From a virus: 44,426 nucleotides of DNA. The notes below the pieces were generated by a model. The model had not been told where the DNA came from. It searched no databases and saw only the letters and a list, made by a program, of their open reading frames with translations. Where the stretch lies: positions 1 to 44,426 of the IMG/VR virus record IMGVR_UViG_3300019458_000013; one strand, 5' to 3'. The translations under genes were made by a program, and so were the position numbers. Positions 17,209 through 26,577 of the stretch are shown here, piece by piece. Position 1 is the first letter of the stretch. Each line of letters starts with the position of its first letter.

Positions 17209-19643
17209 ATCTCGCCGCGCTCATGCTCACGCTCATGCTCGCCGTCCCGGCTGGGGCGCAGACCTTCTTCAATCCCGGCCGCGTGGCGTTCAGTGGACTC
17301 GGCACGCCACCAAACGGCGCGCAGGTCTACTGTACGGATTGTCTATACGGTTCGAGCCCCTGTGCCGGCAGCGGCTCCGGAGCGCCGGCGTTCCGGGTGA
17401 ACGGCGCCTGGCGGTGCGGCGATCAGGGCGGAGCGGGCGACGTGACCGACGTGTGGAGCTGCACCGGAGGCAACTGCAACGCCCTGACCGCAGCGGCTGG
17501 CGATACGCTGGATGCCGGGGCGGCCGATGCCGCCTCTCCGGCGACGCGGAGCACCAGCCTGCCGGCGACCTGCACCGAGGGCCAAGCGCATCAGGATACC
17601 GACAGCGGCGGCACGGAGTGGCACCTCTGCACGGCCACGAATACCTGGACGAAGGTGGCGAGCGTGGCGCCGTCTTTCCTGACGGTGAGCGATGAGACGG
17701 ATCTCACGGGTGAACGCCGCATTGTCGCTGGGACGGGCCTGTCGGGCACCGACGGAGGGGGGAACGGTACGTACGTGCTCGCGACGGCCACGACGGAAGC
17801 CGCCTTTCTCGCCGATGGAGGTGCGAGTGATCTGACCTGCGGCGCTGCGCAGGCGGGGAAAGCCCAGGTCATGGATGCCGGGCCGCTCCAGTGGTGCGAC
17901 GGGGCGACCACCTCCGTCCTGCGCCAGGCCCCCTTCGGAAACGCGAGCGGGGATGCGTTGACCTGTGTCGCGCTTGCCGCCAACGGTGCCAACTGCGCCG
18001 GAGGCTCCTGGGCGGCCGGTGTCGATGCCTCCGGCGCTGCGGAAGGCTGTACGGTCGATGATGACGTGCCGGAATCCGGCGACTTCGGCAATCTGACTGG
18101 TGGAGCGGGCATCACGGTCTCCGCAGGGACGGTCGCCACCGCCTCGACCGAAGCGGTCTTCTTGGCCGATGGGGGTGCCGCAAATCTCACGTGCGGGGCC
18201 AGCCAGCAGGGCAAGATGCAAGTGATGGATGCCGGACCCGTGCAGTGGTGCGATGGAGCCACGACCTCGGTGCTCCGCAACTCGGCGCTCGCGATCGCCG
18301 ATGGCACGGCGTTGGCGGCGATCACGCTGTCGGCCAACGGAGGCAACTGTGCCGCGGGGTCGTGGGCGGCCGGTGTCGATGCCGTCGGTGCCGCAGAGGG
18401 CTGCACTCCGGATGACGACGTGCCGGAGTCGGGAGACTTCGGGGCGGCGGTGGATCTCGAGGCCGACGGATCGCTCTCCATCGATGTGGTCGCTCCGGCC
18501 GAGATGGCCGACGCCGATCATGGCGATGTGAGCTGGTCGGGCGGCGTGGCAACTGTGGACAGCGGCGCGGTCAACTTCTCGGAACTCGCGGGCAGTGCAA
18601 CCGATGCGCAGGTGTCGGATGCGATCACGGTGGATGGGACCGACGCTGGCACCGGGACGACCCGAAGCAACTTCGGGAAGATTCGTCTCACGCGACACGA
18701 TACCAACTGCACGAGCCTGACCGATGGTCTGGCTGGCGAGCTCTGCTGGGAGGAGGACGCGAACGCGCTCTATATGTGCGAACCGACCGCGGGGGGGTGC
18801 GACACAGCCGGCGAGTGGATCGGCATGAGCGGGTTGCCGACGCCGAGCGCCGACAATCTACTCCTGATATCCCTCGGGGGCACGTTCGCGCGTGAGGTGG
18901 CACTGAGCAGTGATTTCGTTATCAACACAGCCACGACTCCCGATGAATTGGAGAATGGCGCTCTCACCACGGAACTTGGCGCCTGCATCGGCAACACGGC
19001 CGCAGAGTTCTGCTCCACCAGCACCATGGGGGCGAATGCCTTTAGCTACAACGGCCCCTGGGCCTGTGAAAGTGGCGGTACGCACGACTTTCAAGCGGGC
19101 TGTACGGTGGACCTCGCTGTCGCGACGATCTCGCCGGCTCTCGTGGTGAGTGTGGATTTTGGAGCGGGTGCGCTGACGACCGATGGCACGCAGTGCGGCG
19201 GGCCCGCGCAGGTAACGCTCAACAGTGGACCCAAGGCCTGGACCATTCTGTGTGCGGACAACGCCGGATCCATCCTGAATGGTGCACTGAATCTGCCCGA
19301 TAGCTACAGCGGCGGGACGGTGACGTTCGAGCTGCGTGCGACCAATGACAATGCTTCGCCGAGCGGCGTTCTCGATTTCGACTTCTCGTGCCAGTGCCGG
19401 GGCGACAGCGACACGGTGAACAGCACGTGGGGCACGGCACAGAACGCGGCAATCACGTTCACGACGCAGTGGGATGAGGAGCACGCGACGACCGCCGCGA
19501 CCACCTGCGACGGATCATGCGCCGCGGGGGATTCACTCTATTGGCGAGCGGTCATGGATGCCACCGCGACGACGACGCAGGTGACCGATGCATACATTCT
19601 CGGCGTCAAGATGGAGTTGCCCGTCAATGCCCTTACGGACTAG
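17205..19643 (+). CDS. large tail fibre / receptor-binding protein (812 aa)
   Basis: ATGA overlap with the upstream gene. N-terminal hydrophobic segment, Gly/Ala/Thr/Cys-rich, with an internal 118-aa duplication. Confidence 0.7.
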   Translation: MNLAALMLTLMLAVPAGAQTFFNPGRVAFSGLGTPPNGAQVYCTDCLYGSSPCAGSGSGAPAFRVNGAWRCGDQGGAGDVTDVWSCTGGNCNALTAAAGDTLDAGAADAASPATRSTSLPATCTEGQAHQDTDSGGTEWHLCTATNTWTKVASVAPSFLTVSDETDLTGERRIVAGTGLSGTDGGGNGTYVLATATTEAAFLADGGASDLTCGAAQAGKAQVMDAGPLQWCDGATTSVLRQAPFGNASGDALTCVALAANGANCAGGSWAAGVDASGAAEGCTVDDDVPESGDFGNLTGGAGITVSAGTVATASTEAVFLADGGAANLTCGASQQGKMQVMDAGPVQWCDGATTSVLRNSALAIADGTALAAITLSANGGNCAAGSWAAGVDAVGAAEGCTPDDDVPESGDFGAAVDLEADGSLSIDVVAPAEMADADHGDVSWSGGVATVDSGAVNFSELAGSATDAQVSDAITVDGTDAGTGTTRSNFGKIRLTRHDTNCTSLTDGLAGELCWEEDANALYMCEPTAGGCDTAGEWIGMSGLPTPSADNLLLISLGGTFAREVALSSDFVINTATTPDELENGALTTELGACIGNTAAEFCSTSTMGANAFSYNGPWACESGGTHDFQAGCTVDLAVATISPALVVSVDFGAGALTTDGTQCGGPAQVTLNSGPKAWTILCADNAGSILNGALNLPDSYSGGTVTFELRATNDNASPSGVLDFDFSCQCRGDSDTVNSTWGTAQNAAITFTTQWDEEHATTAATTCDGSCAAGDSLYWRAVMDATATTTQVTDAYILGVKMELPVNALTD
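17793..18445 (+). repeat. 354-bp in-frame tandem duplication (second copy partial)
   Basis: TEAAFLADGGASDLTCGAAQAGKAQVMDAGPLQWCDGATTSVLR... at 17793 recurs as TEAVFLADGGAANLTCGASQQGKMQVMDAGPVQWCDGATTSVLR... at 18147. Both copies end in DDDVPESGDFG. Confidence 0.85.
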
Positions 19644-20625
19644 GTGGGTGCTGATTGCCCTGGCGCTCGTGGGGCTGGGTTGGCGCTATCAACACATTGC
19701 CGGTGCGCCCGCCCGCACGCCGTTGGCCGCTGCCGATTGGACTGGCACGAGCGGGCTCCGGCGCTGGCGGATGGAGGAAGCGACCGGCGCCAACCGCCTG
19801 AACACCGCAGCCTCCTGCGGCGACTGTTCTGGAAGCGGCTGCTGCACGCTCAGCGAGAACGGCATCGGCTATGATGTCGAGAAGGATACGACGATCTTTC
19901 AGGAAGGCACCGCCGCGGCGCGCTTCGATCCCCTCGGAAGCTTCATTAAGGAGTTTCTGGAGTGTACCGACGCCAACTGCGGCGGTAGTTCGCTCCTGGA
20001 TCCTGCTGGGGATTTCAGCTTCGGGTGTCGTCTGTACGCCGACAGTACTCAGACCAACAACGTTCTGGGCAAGTACGATACGACCAACACGGAGGGCTAC
20101 CGCGGCTTTCTCGATACCGGGGGCACCTGGCGATGCGGCATTGCGAATCCCTCAGGAGCCGATCCGCTCGACGTAGGGCCGTCGTACAGCGCCGCCACGT
20201 GGTTTCTTGGTGCATGCGTGTTTGACGATACGGCGGATACGCTCGAGGCCTTTGTCGATGGCGTCGGCAGCGGGTCGCCGGCGTCCTACACCGGAGCCTG
20301 CTGCGACAACACCGTCTCGTTCAGCATCGGCGCGCTGGTGACACCCATCACCGGCATTCAGGGCCGTGTCGATGAGTGCTTCTTCGTGCAGTTGACCTTG
20401 ACAGCCGCGGAGCAATTCTACGTCACCCATTGCAACTGGACGGGGGAATGGTGCGCATGTGACTCCAGTGATCCCGCTGCGTTTCTTCCCTGCACGACAG
20501 ATGCCAATTGCCAAGCGGGCGGGGGGGCGCCTGCGGCACGATGCGACACGACGACCAACACGTGCCGCGGACTCAGCATCAGCGGAGGCACGATCAGCGC
20601 ATGCAACGCTGCCGCGCCGTCCTGA
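19588..20625 (+). CDS. LamG/concanavalin-A-like lectin-fold protein with a Cys-rich C-terminal module
   Basis: FSFGCRLYAD...GKYD...GYRGFLD...WFLGACVFDDTADTLEAFVDGV resembles a laminin-G jelly roll. The likely start is GTG at 19648, giving an N-terminal hydrophobic LIALALVGLGW. Confidence 0.6.
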   Translation: MHTFSASRWSCPSMPLRTRWVLIALALVGLGWRYQHIAGAPARTPLAAADWTGTSGLRRWRMEEATGANRLNTAASCGDCSGSGCCTLSENGIGYDVEKDTTIFQEGTAAARFDPLGSFIKEFLECTDANCGGSSLLDPAGDFSFGCRLYADSTQTNNVLGKYDTTNTEGYRGFLDTGGTWRCGIANPSGADPLDVGPSYSAATWFLGACVFDDTADTLEAFVDGVGSGSPASYTGACCDNTVSFSIGALVTPITGIQGRVDECFFVQLTLTAAEQFYVTHCNWTGEWCACDSSDPAAFLPCTTDANCQAGGGAPAARCDTTTNTCRGLSISGGTISACNAAAPS

Positions 20626-23600
20626 TCGGGCTGCTGGTCGCGGTGTCCGTGCCGCGGCCTGTCGCCGCCATTCCCCTGTTCATCCACGGCTTCGATACCG
20701 TGAATGATGATGATACGCCGTCAACCTCGACGACAGCCTGCGGGTTCTCAAGCGGTAGCGCTGATCACGACGCCTGCGGATTCGAGCAGGTCTTGGGTGG
20801 CGGCGCGGTTGATGGGGACATCCACGTTCAGACGGCAATCGTTCAGGATGAAACGACCGGCGGAGACTCGACGAGCCAGTGGGCCTTGCGGGTGAATCTC
20901 GCCTCGGGTGAGCAAGCCTACTACGAGGTATGTGACACGACGGATGGCTCGGCGTGCGACAACTCCCCGTTTCCGCTCCTGGCCTCTACGGTGTCCTGGC
21001 ACGGCGCCGCGCATCTGCCTTCCGCGCCGACCGGCGATCGGACGTTTCGTGCGTTCGTCGAGGAGGACGGGGCGCTCGGCTGCGGGCTCGTCTTCAACAG
21101 CGATCGCACGCTGGAGCTGCGCTATTTCGGGGGCACGGATCCGACCGCCGGCACGTCGCTCGGAAACACGACGTTGACCCTCACACAATTCGCATGCGTG
21201 CCAGCCTGCAGCGTAAGCGCTGACTGTGGCACGGGCGGCGTCTGCACGAGCGGGAAATGTACGACCATCGCGGCGGATGCAACAGAACCTCCAGCCGCCT
21301 GCACCGAAGCGACGCAGGCGACCGACTGCGTCTCGGGGGACTGTTCGGCGACGCGCCGCTATTGGGGCGGGGTCACGCTGACGCAAGAGGTAGCCACCCC
21401 GCAGGTGGCCTGCACGCTGCGTCTCGACGGACGGACGGTGCTCACGACGACGCCGCAACAGTATGCCGGACGCGTGAGTCTCCGGATCGCGAACATCCGC
21501 GGCGGCGGACTCGGAACCGAGAGCGTCGCGCTCGACTACTATGAGGATGCCTGGATCCTAAACAGCGCCATCAACGCTGGGCACGGCTACGTGACGCGCC
21601 AAGTAGTCACGTCGAACGGCTCGCCGACGGCATGGGCGAAATCCTCCAGCCCGCCGTGCGTGAGCGGAGACGAAAATGCGTGGACCTGCGTGAACGATTA
21701 CGGGGAAAGCCCCTTCACCCTCGCGCTCGACAACGTCAACACCATCACGAAGCTCGCGACAGAGCAGTTCGATACGGTGACGGCGATCGACCCGCTCCCG
21801 CCGGGGGCGACGATTGCTGGATTGCAGATGCTCTTGATTGGCGAGGCGGGCTCTACGGCTGGCGGAACGGCTCGGAAGATTCAGGGCGCGTCGTTGCTCT
21901 GTGATGGCACGACATGCAATTCGACCGCGTTCACGCCCGAGGTCTCTGTGCAGCCGGTCACCACCACGCGCCCGCTGCTCTGGCACCTCGCGGCGCTCCC
22001 GCCGGTCGCCGGTGCGTCGGGTTGGATACGGACGCAGGTGAACAATGCTGGCCTCGTCTTTCAAGCAGGCCCCAATTGCTGCGGTGGGCGACGGACGCAC
22101 ATCATGGAAGCGGTGCTGTTCAGCTTCGTGCACCGTGCGGCGACGCCCTTGCCGAGTTTTCTCGTCGATCGCAACGGCGACGGCTTGGTGACGGCGGCTG
22201 GGGTTGGAGATTCGACGGCAGGCGGCACAGTGACGGTGGACTGCGTCGGAGGAGAGAACGCCGGCCAAGGGTGCACCCAACCCGACTACTGCGATTGGGA
22301 CGCCGCGGAGGAAAAAGACAAGCCGGCCGGAGGGTGCGCCGGGGACGACACGCGATGCACGACATGCAACGGGCTCCGACGAGCAGAAACCAACGGCGGT
22401 GCCGGATACTTTTGCGATCTCGGCGGCGACGGGGTCTGCGGTGCAGGAGATTTCTGCTGCGCGGTAGAGACCGGCTCGGCTGACACCTGCACTGCCGGCT
22501 TTTGCACCTCAAACGCGAACATTCCGTGCACCGTCAACGCGGATTGCGGCGATACGGCGCTCGGCTCCTGTGACGACAACGCGGCGTGCGTGCCGTCCTG
22601 TCCGTGCGCGGCGTGTGTCGATGCTGGAGACTGCGCCTCAGGGGAAAGCTGCACGGGTGGCGTTTGTACCTGTGGCGCGTCGTGCCCCTCGGCGCGCAAC
22701 ACCTGGGTCGCGTTCTTGCAGGACTACGTCTCACCCCTTGATGTACTGCTGCAGTGTGAGCAGGGGGGTGAAACCATGACTCAGATGGTGAGTAACCGCG
22801 CGCCGTTCATCCTCGCCGGCACGGGGGGGTGTTCGACAGCCTTGGTAGGGACCAAGCATTGTACGTGCGATGATGACACGGACTGCGGCACCAACGGTGA
22901 CTGCAGCCTCGCGGGGATCTGCTCGACGAGCGATACGATCGAAGATCAATGTACGCAGAACAGCGACTGCGATCAGACCCCGGACGCCGAAACGTGCGTG
23001 TTCCCGAAACCGGATTATGTCTACGTCCTGGAGGCCTACAACGACGGCCTCGGCTCTGCGACTGTGCCGCTGCCCGATGTGCACAATCCGAATTGCGACC
23101 GTGGGATCATGCACCGGAATCTCGGGGCGATCATTCCCAGCGACACGTTCCCGTGCGGTGTGCCCACAAGCCCAGGACCGACCTTGTGCTCGAACGATGC
23201 CGACTGCACGGGCATCCATGTCGATGCGCGTTGCCTGGGCTTCGTGCAAGCGGCGACGCCGAACCAGTACTGTGTGCAGTTTCCCTTGCCCTGCACCGTG
23301 ACGAACACCGCGTGCCGTCCTGGTGATGCGTGCCCGCTCGCTGGCGCCGTCTGCGATGACACGACGGGACCAAGCTGCGATCTCTCGGGCCTCTGCGCCT
23401 GCGATGCGGATGCCGAATGCAACACGGTCTCTGTCTGTGCCCGGGACGCCAGCGTGATCGTCGGACCGACTTGTCACCGGCGCTGCACGTCCGATGCGAG
23501 CTGCGGCGGGTTGTCCGGATCCTGCGATACCACGTGCGGTGGCGGGACGTGTCCCGGTGGTGTGACCGGCTACTGCCGTGGCTACTGCACCGTCCCGTCG

Positions 23601-24302
23601 GCAGCACTCTCCTGCACAACTGATGCGCAGTGCGCCCGGACGACGGTGGCCCATCGTGACGGCTACACGATCACCTACCGCGGCACGTGCGTGGCGGGAC
23701 AGTGCGAATGCACGGGGCCTTCATCTCTCGAAACGACCACGGAGTGCGTCACGCAGATGACGCGCGACTTCTATGGTGGCCTCGGTCATACGCGGGCCCT
23801 GAATGCCCTACATGATCTGCAAGGTCAGATCGACGCGCTCCCGGACGGGACGGAGCCATTGCTGATCGTGATTACGCCGCCGCGGTTCAACGACGCGAGC
23901 GACATCTACACGTGCTCTGAGCAGACACGCGATCATCACCTCACTCGATTGTCTGGGCACGCCATCGCGGAGTTCCCGTACGTGGTGGATGCCCGTGGAG
24001 CGCTGGCGGAGTATCCCTCGGCCGCGTTTCACACGCTCGACAACGTGCACTTCAACACCCTCGGCGGCTTTCTGATCGGCCAGGCCATCGGGACGTACAC
24101 GCAGGGGTTCAACACCTGCGCGCTGGATCCGCTGACGATCGCGCAGCGTCCGCAGCGCTACTGCCGGAACCCGAATGGGGGCTACGAGACGACGACGTGC
24201 ACGACAGACGCACACTGCAATCCGGAGGAGGTCTGTATTTACAAGCCCTGTACTACCGGTGCGGATTGTCCGGTAGAAGCAGATACGTGCAACGTGCTGT
24301 GA
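20601..24302 (+). CDS. 1233-aa secreted cysteine-rich protein with SGNH-hydrolase-like blocks
   Basis: Signal-like MQRCRAVLIGLLVAVSVPRPVAA. Many D/N-x-DC...G.C modules. VGDSTAGG, EQGGETMTQM, YVLEAYNDG and DNVHFNTLGGFLIGQAIG resemble SGNH blocks I, II, III and V. Confidence 0.7.
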   Translation: MQRCRAVLIGLLVAVSVPRPVAAIPLFIHGFDTVNDDDTPSTSTTACGFSSGSADHDACGFEQVLGGGAVDGDIHVQTAIVQDETTGGDSTSQWALRVNLASGEQAYYEVCDTTDGSACDNSPFPLLASTVSWHGAAHLPSAPTGDRTFRAFVEEDGALGCGLVFNSDRTLELRYFGGTDPTAGTSLGNTTLTLTQFACVPACSVSADCGTGGVCTSGKCTTIAADATEPPAACTEATQATDCVSGDCSATRRYWGGVTLTQEVATPQVACTLRLDGRTVLTTTPQQYAGRVSLRIANIRGGGLGTESVALDYYEDAWILNSAINAGHGYVTRQVVTSNGSPTAWAKSSSPPCVSGDENAWTCVNDYGESPFTLALDNVNTITKLATEQFDTVTAIDPLPPGATIAGLQMLLIGEAGSTAGGTARKIQGASLLCDGTTCNSTAFTPEVSVQPVTTTRPLLWHLAALPPVAGASGWIRTQVNNAGLVFQAGPNCCGGRRTHIMEAVLFSFVHRAATPLPSFLVDRNGDGLVTAAGVGDSTAGGTVTVDCVGGENAGQGCTQPDYCDWDAAEEKDKPAGGCAGDDTRCTTCNGLRRAETNGGAGYFCDLGGDGVCGAGDFCCAVETGSADTCTAGFCTSNANIPCTVNADCGDTALGSCDDNAACVPSCPCAACVDAGDCASGESCTGGVCTCGASCPSARNTWVAFLQDYVSPLDVLLQCEQGGETMTQMVSNRAPFILAGTGGCSTALVGTKHCTCDDDTDCGTNGDCSLAGICSTSDTIEDQCTQNSDCDQTPDAETCVFPKPDYVYVLEAYNDGLGSATVPLPDVHNPNCDRGIMHRNLGAIIPSDTFPCGVPTSPGPTLCSNDADCTGIHVDARCLGFVQAATPNQYCVQFPLPCTVTNTACRPGDACPLAGAVCDDTTGPSCDLSGLCACDADAECNTVSVCARDASVIVGPTCHRRCTSDASCGGLSGSCDTTCGGGTCPGGVTGYCRGYCTVPSAALSCTTDAQCARTTVAHRDGYTITYRGTCVAGQCECTGPSSLETTTECVTQMTRDFYGGLGHTRALNALHDLQGQIDALPDGTEPLLIVITPPRFNDASDIYTCSEQTRDHHLTRLSGHAIAEFPYVVDARGALAEYPSAAFHTLDNVHFNTLGGFLIGQAIGTYTQGFNTCALDPLTIAQRPQRYCRNPNGGYETTTCTTDAHCNPEEVCIYKPCTTGADCPVEADTCNVL

Positions 24303-24429
24303 TGGAACGGCTCCTGCACTACTGGCAGGTGCCCTGCGGGTCAAGCACAGTATGGGAGCTACGAGACGAGCACGCGTCCTGGTGATGGGGACTGCAGCGC
24401 AGAGGAGCCGCGTATCATAGGCACGTCGT

Positions 24430-24807
24430 ATGCCCACGTTCGGTACCAGCCCCGTGACGTTCGGTGCCATCGCCGTCGATCGGGCCGTCTTTCGCCGTCT
24501 CCTCCCGGATGCCCGCTGGCTGGTCTACGCGGCCGGATGGTGTGATCCCGGCGACGGAAACGATGCGATCGTAGAGCTGATTTATGAACGCGATGATGAA
24601 AGCGTGGTGGTCTTGGGGGCGGCAACGTTCAGCGGGGCCGGACGTTCCAAGCGACTGCTCGGTCCCGTCGATCTGTTCGCTACGTCCGGCGTGCCCGCGG
24701 GCGAGGCGGTGCCCATGATCCGGCTCCGGGCTCGCAAAACTGCAGGGCTCGATGGTAGTCTCGATGGCTGGGTGGCGTGGCTCCGGCTACTGCCGGCACT
24801 CACGTAG
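24430..24807 (+). CDS. hypothetical protein (125 aa)
   Basis: ORF with an ATG start and plausible composition. Confidence 0.45.
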   Translation: MPTFGTSPVTFGAIAVDRAVFRRLLPDARWLVYAAGWCDPGDGNDAIVELIYERDDESVVVLGAATFSGAGRSKRLLGPVDLFATSGVPAGEAVPMIRLRARKTAGLDGSLDGWVAWLRLLPALT

Positions 24808-24810
24808 GCC

Positions 24811-25413
24811 ATGATCCGCAGTCGAGGGGGTGGGGGCGTGGGCAATGGGCGAGGCGAAACCGCGGTCCAGTTTCAAGCCATCTTGCAGACGATCCGCGAT
24901 CAGGGCGAGCGGTACGCCAGCTCGCTTGATTCGTTGACCGTCGAGATTCGCGATCTCTCGAAAGCCATCGCCAAGAATCAGGGCGTGGGTGCCGCGGCGA
25001 AGAATGGTGGTCCGTGGGCCTATCTCATCGCGAGTTTCGGCATCTTCGTGGCGCTGTTCTCGCCGCTCGGCATCGGACTCGGTGTGCTCTACCAGAATAT
25101 CGGGATCCTCCAACGCGAGGTGAGCACGGAGTTGAAGGAAGTCGGGAAGGATCTCAGCGCGGTATCCAGCATGCAAAGTAAACACCTGACCAGCATCACG
25201 GAAAGCGTCGCGCGCCTCGACGGGGCGCTGATTGAATCGGAGACGCAATTCTCCTGCTCCGGAGATATCTCCAATGTCGAACGGCAGGCGACGTGGATGG
25301 TGATGGACCTGGTGAATCAATGTCAGCAGACGGGAGGCAAGTGTCGTGTGCCGGCCCGAGACTACTGGCCACTGGCGAACGTGGGTCGTGGTGACGGAGC
25401 GGGACGGCAGTGA
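24811..25413 (+). CDS. membrane protein with a coiled-coil region (200 aa)
   Basis: Hydrophobic WAYLIASFGIFVALFSPLGIGLGVLY segment flanked by helical regions. Confidence 0.55.
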   Translation: MIRSRGGGGVGNGRGETAVQFQAILQTIRDQGERYASSLDSLTVEIRDLSKAIAKNQGVGAAAKNGGPWAYLIASFGIFVALFSPLGIGLGVLYQNIGILQREVSTELKEVGKDLSAVSSMQSKHLTSITESVARLDGALIESETQFSCSGDISNVERQATWMVMDLVNQCQQTGGKCRVPARDYWPLANVGRGDGAGRQ

Positions 25414-26528
25414 ACGGCGATGGGCGAGTCGGCGATCTCGTGGCGCTTGGCTCGGGCTTCACCGCCTATCGGGCCAAGACGGTTGAGCAGCTCACGCTCT
25501 TTCGCGCGGACATCCTTGCGGACGTGCAGTGGATGATCGAGAACGACCTCGTGACCGATCGGACGGTGCTGGATGCTTGGGACGAGCTCTGCGGCACCGT
25601 GCAGAAATGGCCGCATGGCCTCGTCTGGCTCGTGCTCGACGCGACCGGCCAGCTTCGCGCGTGGGTGGCGGGACTCCTCGTGGTGAACCTCTTTCAGACC
25701 GGCACGCCCTGGCTCACCTGGGCGGCGACCCGGAACATCCCCGCCCACGTCGCCAAGGGCCTCCACGGGCTGGTGGAGGCGTGGGCACGAGCGTTGGGCG
25801 GCACCTACCTCTTCTGTGGGCGTCGGGGGCAACCTGGGACGTTCGCTCGGTACCTCAGCCGCTATGGCTACGCCTTCGAGTGTGCGGTATACAAGATGCC
25901 GCTCGCGCCGGTGAGAGCGGCCGAAGCAGTCGGAGTGCCTCATGCAACTAGGCGGCGGCGGCGGCGGCGTTTCCACGCACAAGACCTTCCAGCGGCAGGG
26001 GCCATCCCCCCAGGTGCGGGAGCTCAACGACCTGGTAAACCGGGCGCTCGTCGGCCAAATCACGACCGCCCAGGACATTCCGATCCCGGTGCCGTTCCAG
26101 CAGGCCCTGAGCGGGATCCAGGATCTCCTCCCCGGGATGTTCCAGGCGTTCCAGGGCGGCGGGAGCGTTGCCAGCCGCCTCGCCCCCGGGCCGGGGGGCG
26201 TACCCGCCGGGTTCCAGGTGCCGACCATGGCCGGCGGCGCCATGCCGAGCATGCAGAGCTTCCAACCGACGGCCCCGCCGGGCTTCGGCCGGACGCAGAC
26301 CCGAACGGAGATGGGACTGCCGGCCAGCCGCCGCGAAGCGTTCGGCGGCGAGCTCGGTCTCCCGACGCTGCAAGAGGTGGCCGAGGGTCCCGGGTTGCCA
26401 CCGATCCGCCCGAGCGTGCAGACGAAGACGGCGGGACAGCAGGAGCGGCGCCTGACGAAGAAGATCAGTCGGCTCGAGCGGCGGATCGAGACACGCGGGG
26501 AACAGAAGCAGGCCACTCGGAAACGTGA
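25410..26528 (+). CDS. hypothetical protein; only the first 170-175 codons look coding (possibly an acetyltransferase-like fold)
   Basis: GTGA overlap with the upstream stop. Third-position GC collapses after about 25915-25945, but no in-frame stop occurs until 26528. Confidence 0.4.
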   Translation: MNGDGRVGDLVALGSGFTAYRAKTVEQLTLFRADILADVQWMIENDLVTDRTVLDAWDELCGTVQKWPHGLVWLVLDATGQLRAWVAGLLVVNLFQTGTPWLTWAATRNIPAHVAKGLHGLVEAWARALGGTYLFCGRRGQPGTFARYLSRYGYAFECAVYKMPLAPVRAAEAVGVPHATRRRRRRRFHAQDLPAAGAIPPGAGAQRPGKPGARRPNHDRPGHSDPGAVPAGPERDPGSPPRDVPGVPGRRERCQPPRPRAGGRTRRVPGADHGRRRHAEHAELPTDGPAGLRPDADPNGDGTAGQPPRSVRRRARSPDAARGGRGSRVATDPPERADEDGGTAGAAPDEEDQSARAADRDTRGTEAGHSET

Positions 26529-26577
26529 GAAGCGGCTCGTGAGGGCGGAACGGGGGCTCGGGGAGGTCATTCGCTGA
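25942..26577 (+). CDS. hypothetical virion/internal protein (211 aa)
   Basis: GGAG lies 7 nt upstream of the ATG. High third-position GC. Basic coiled C-terminus KKISRLERRIETRGEQKQATRKREKR. Confidence 0.6.
   Translation: MQLGGGGGGVSTHKTFQRQGPSPQVRELNDLVNRALVGQITTAQDIPIPVPFQQALSGIQDLLPGMFQAFQGGGSVASRLAPGPGGVPAGFQVPTMAGGAMPSMQSFQPTAPPGFGRTQTRTEMGLPASRREAFGGELGLPTLQEVAEGPGLPPIRPSVQTKTAGQQERRLTKKISRLERRIETRGEQKQATRKREKRLVRAERGLGEVIR

Noticed and set aside
17793-18445. Diversity-generating retroelement (template/variable repeat pair) in the fibre gene
   Set aside because: No reverse transcriptase is present anywhere in the genome. The two copies are adjacent, in-frame domains, and their differences are not restricted to adenine positions.
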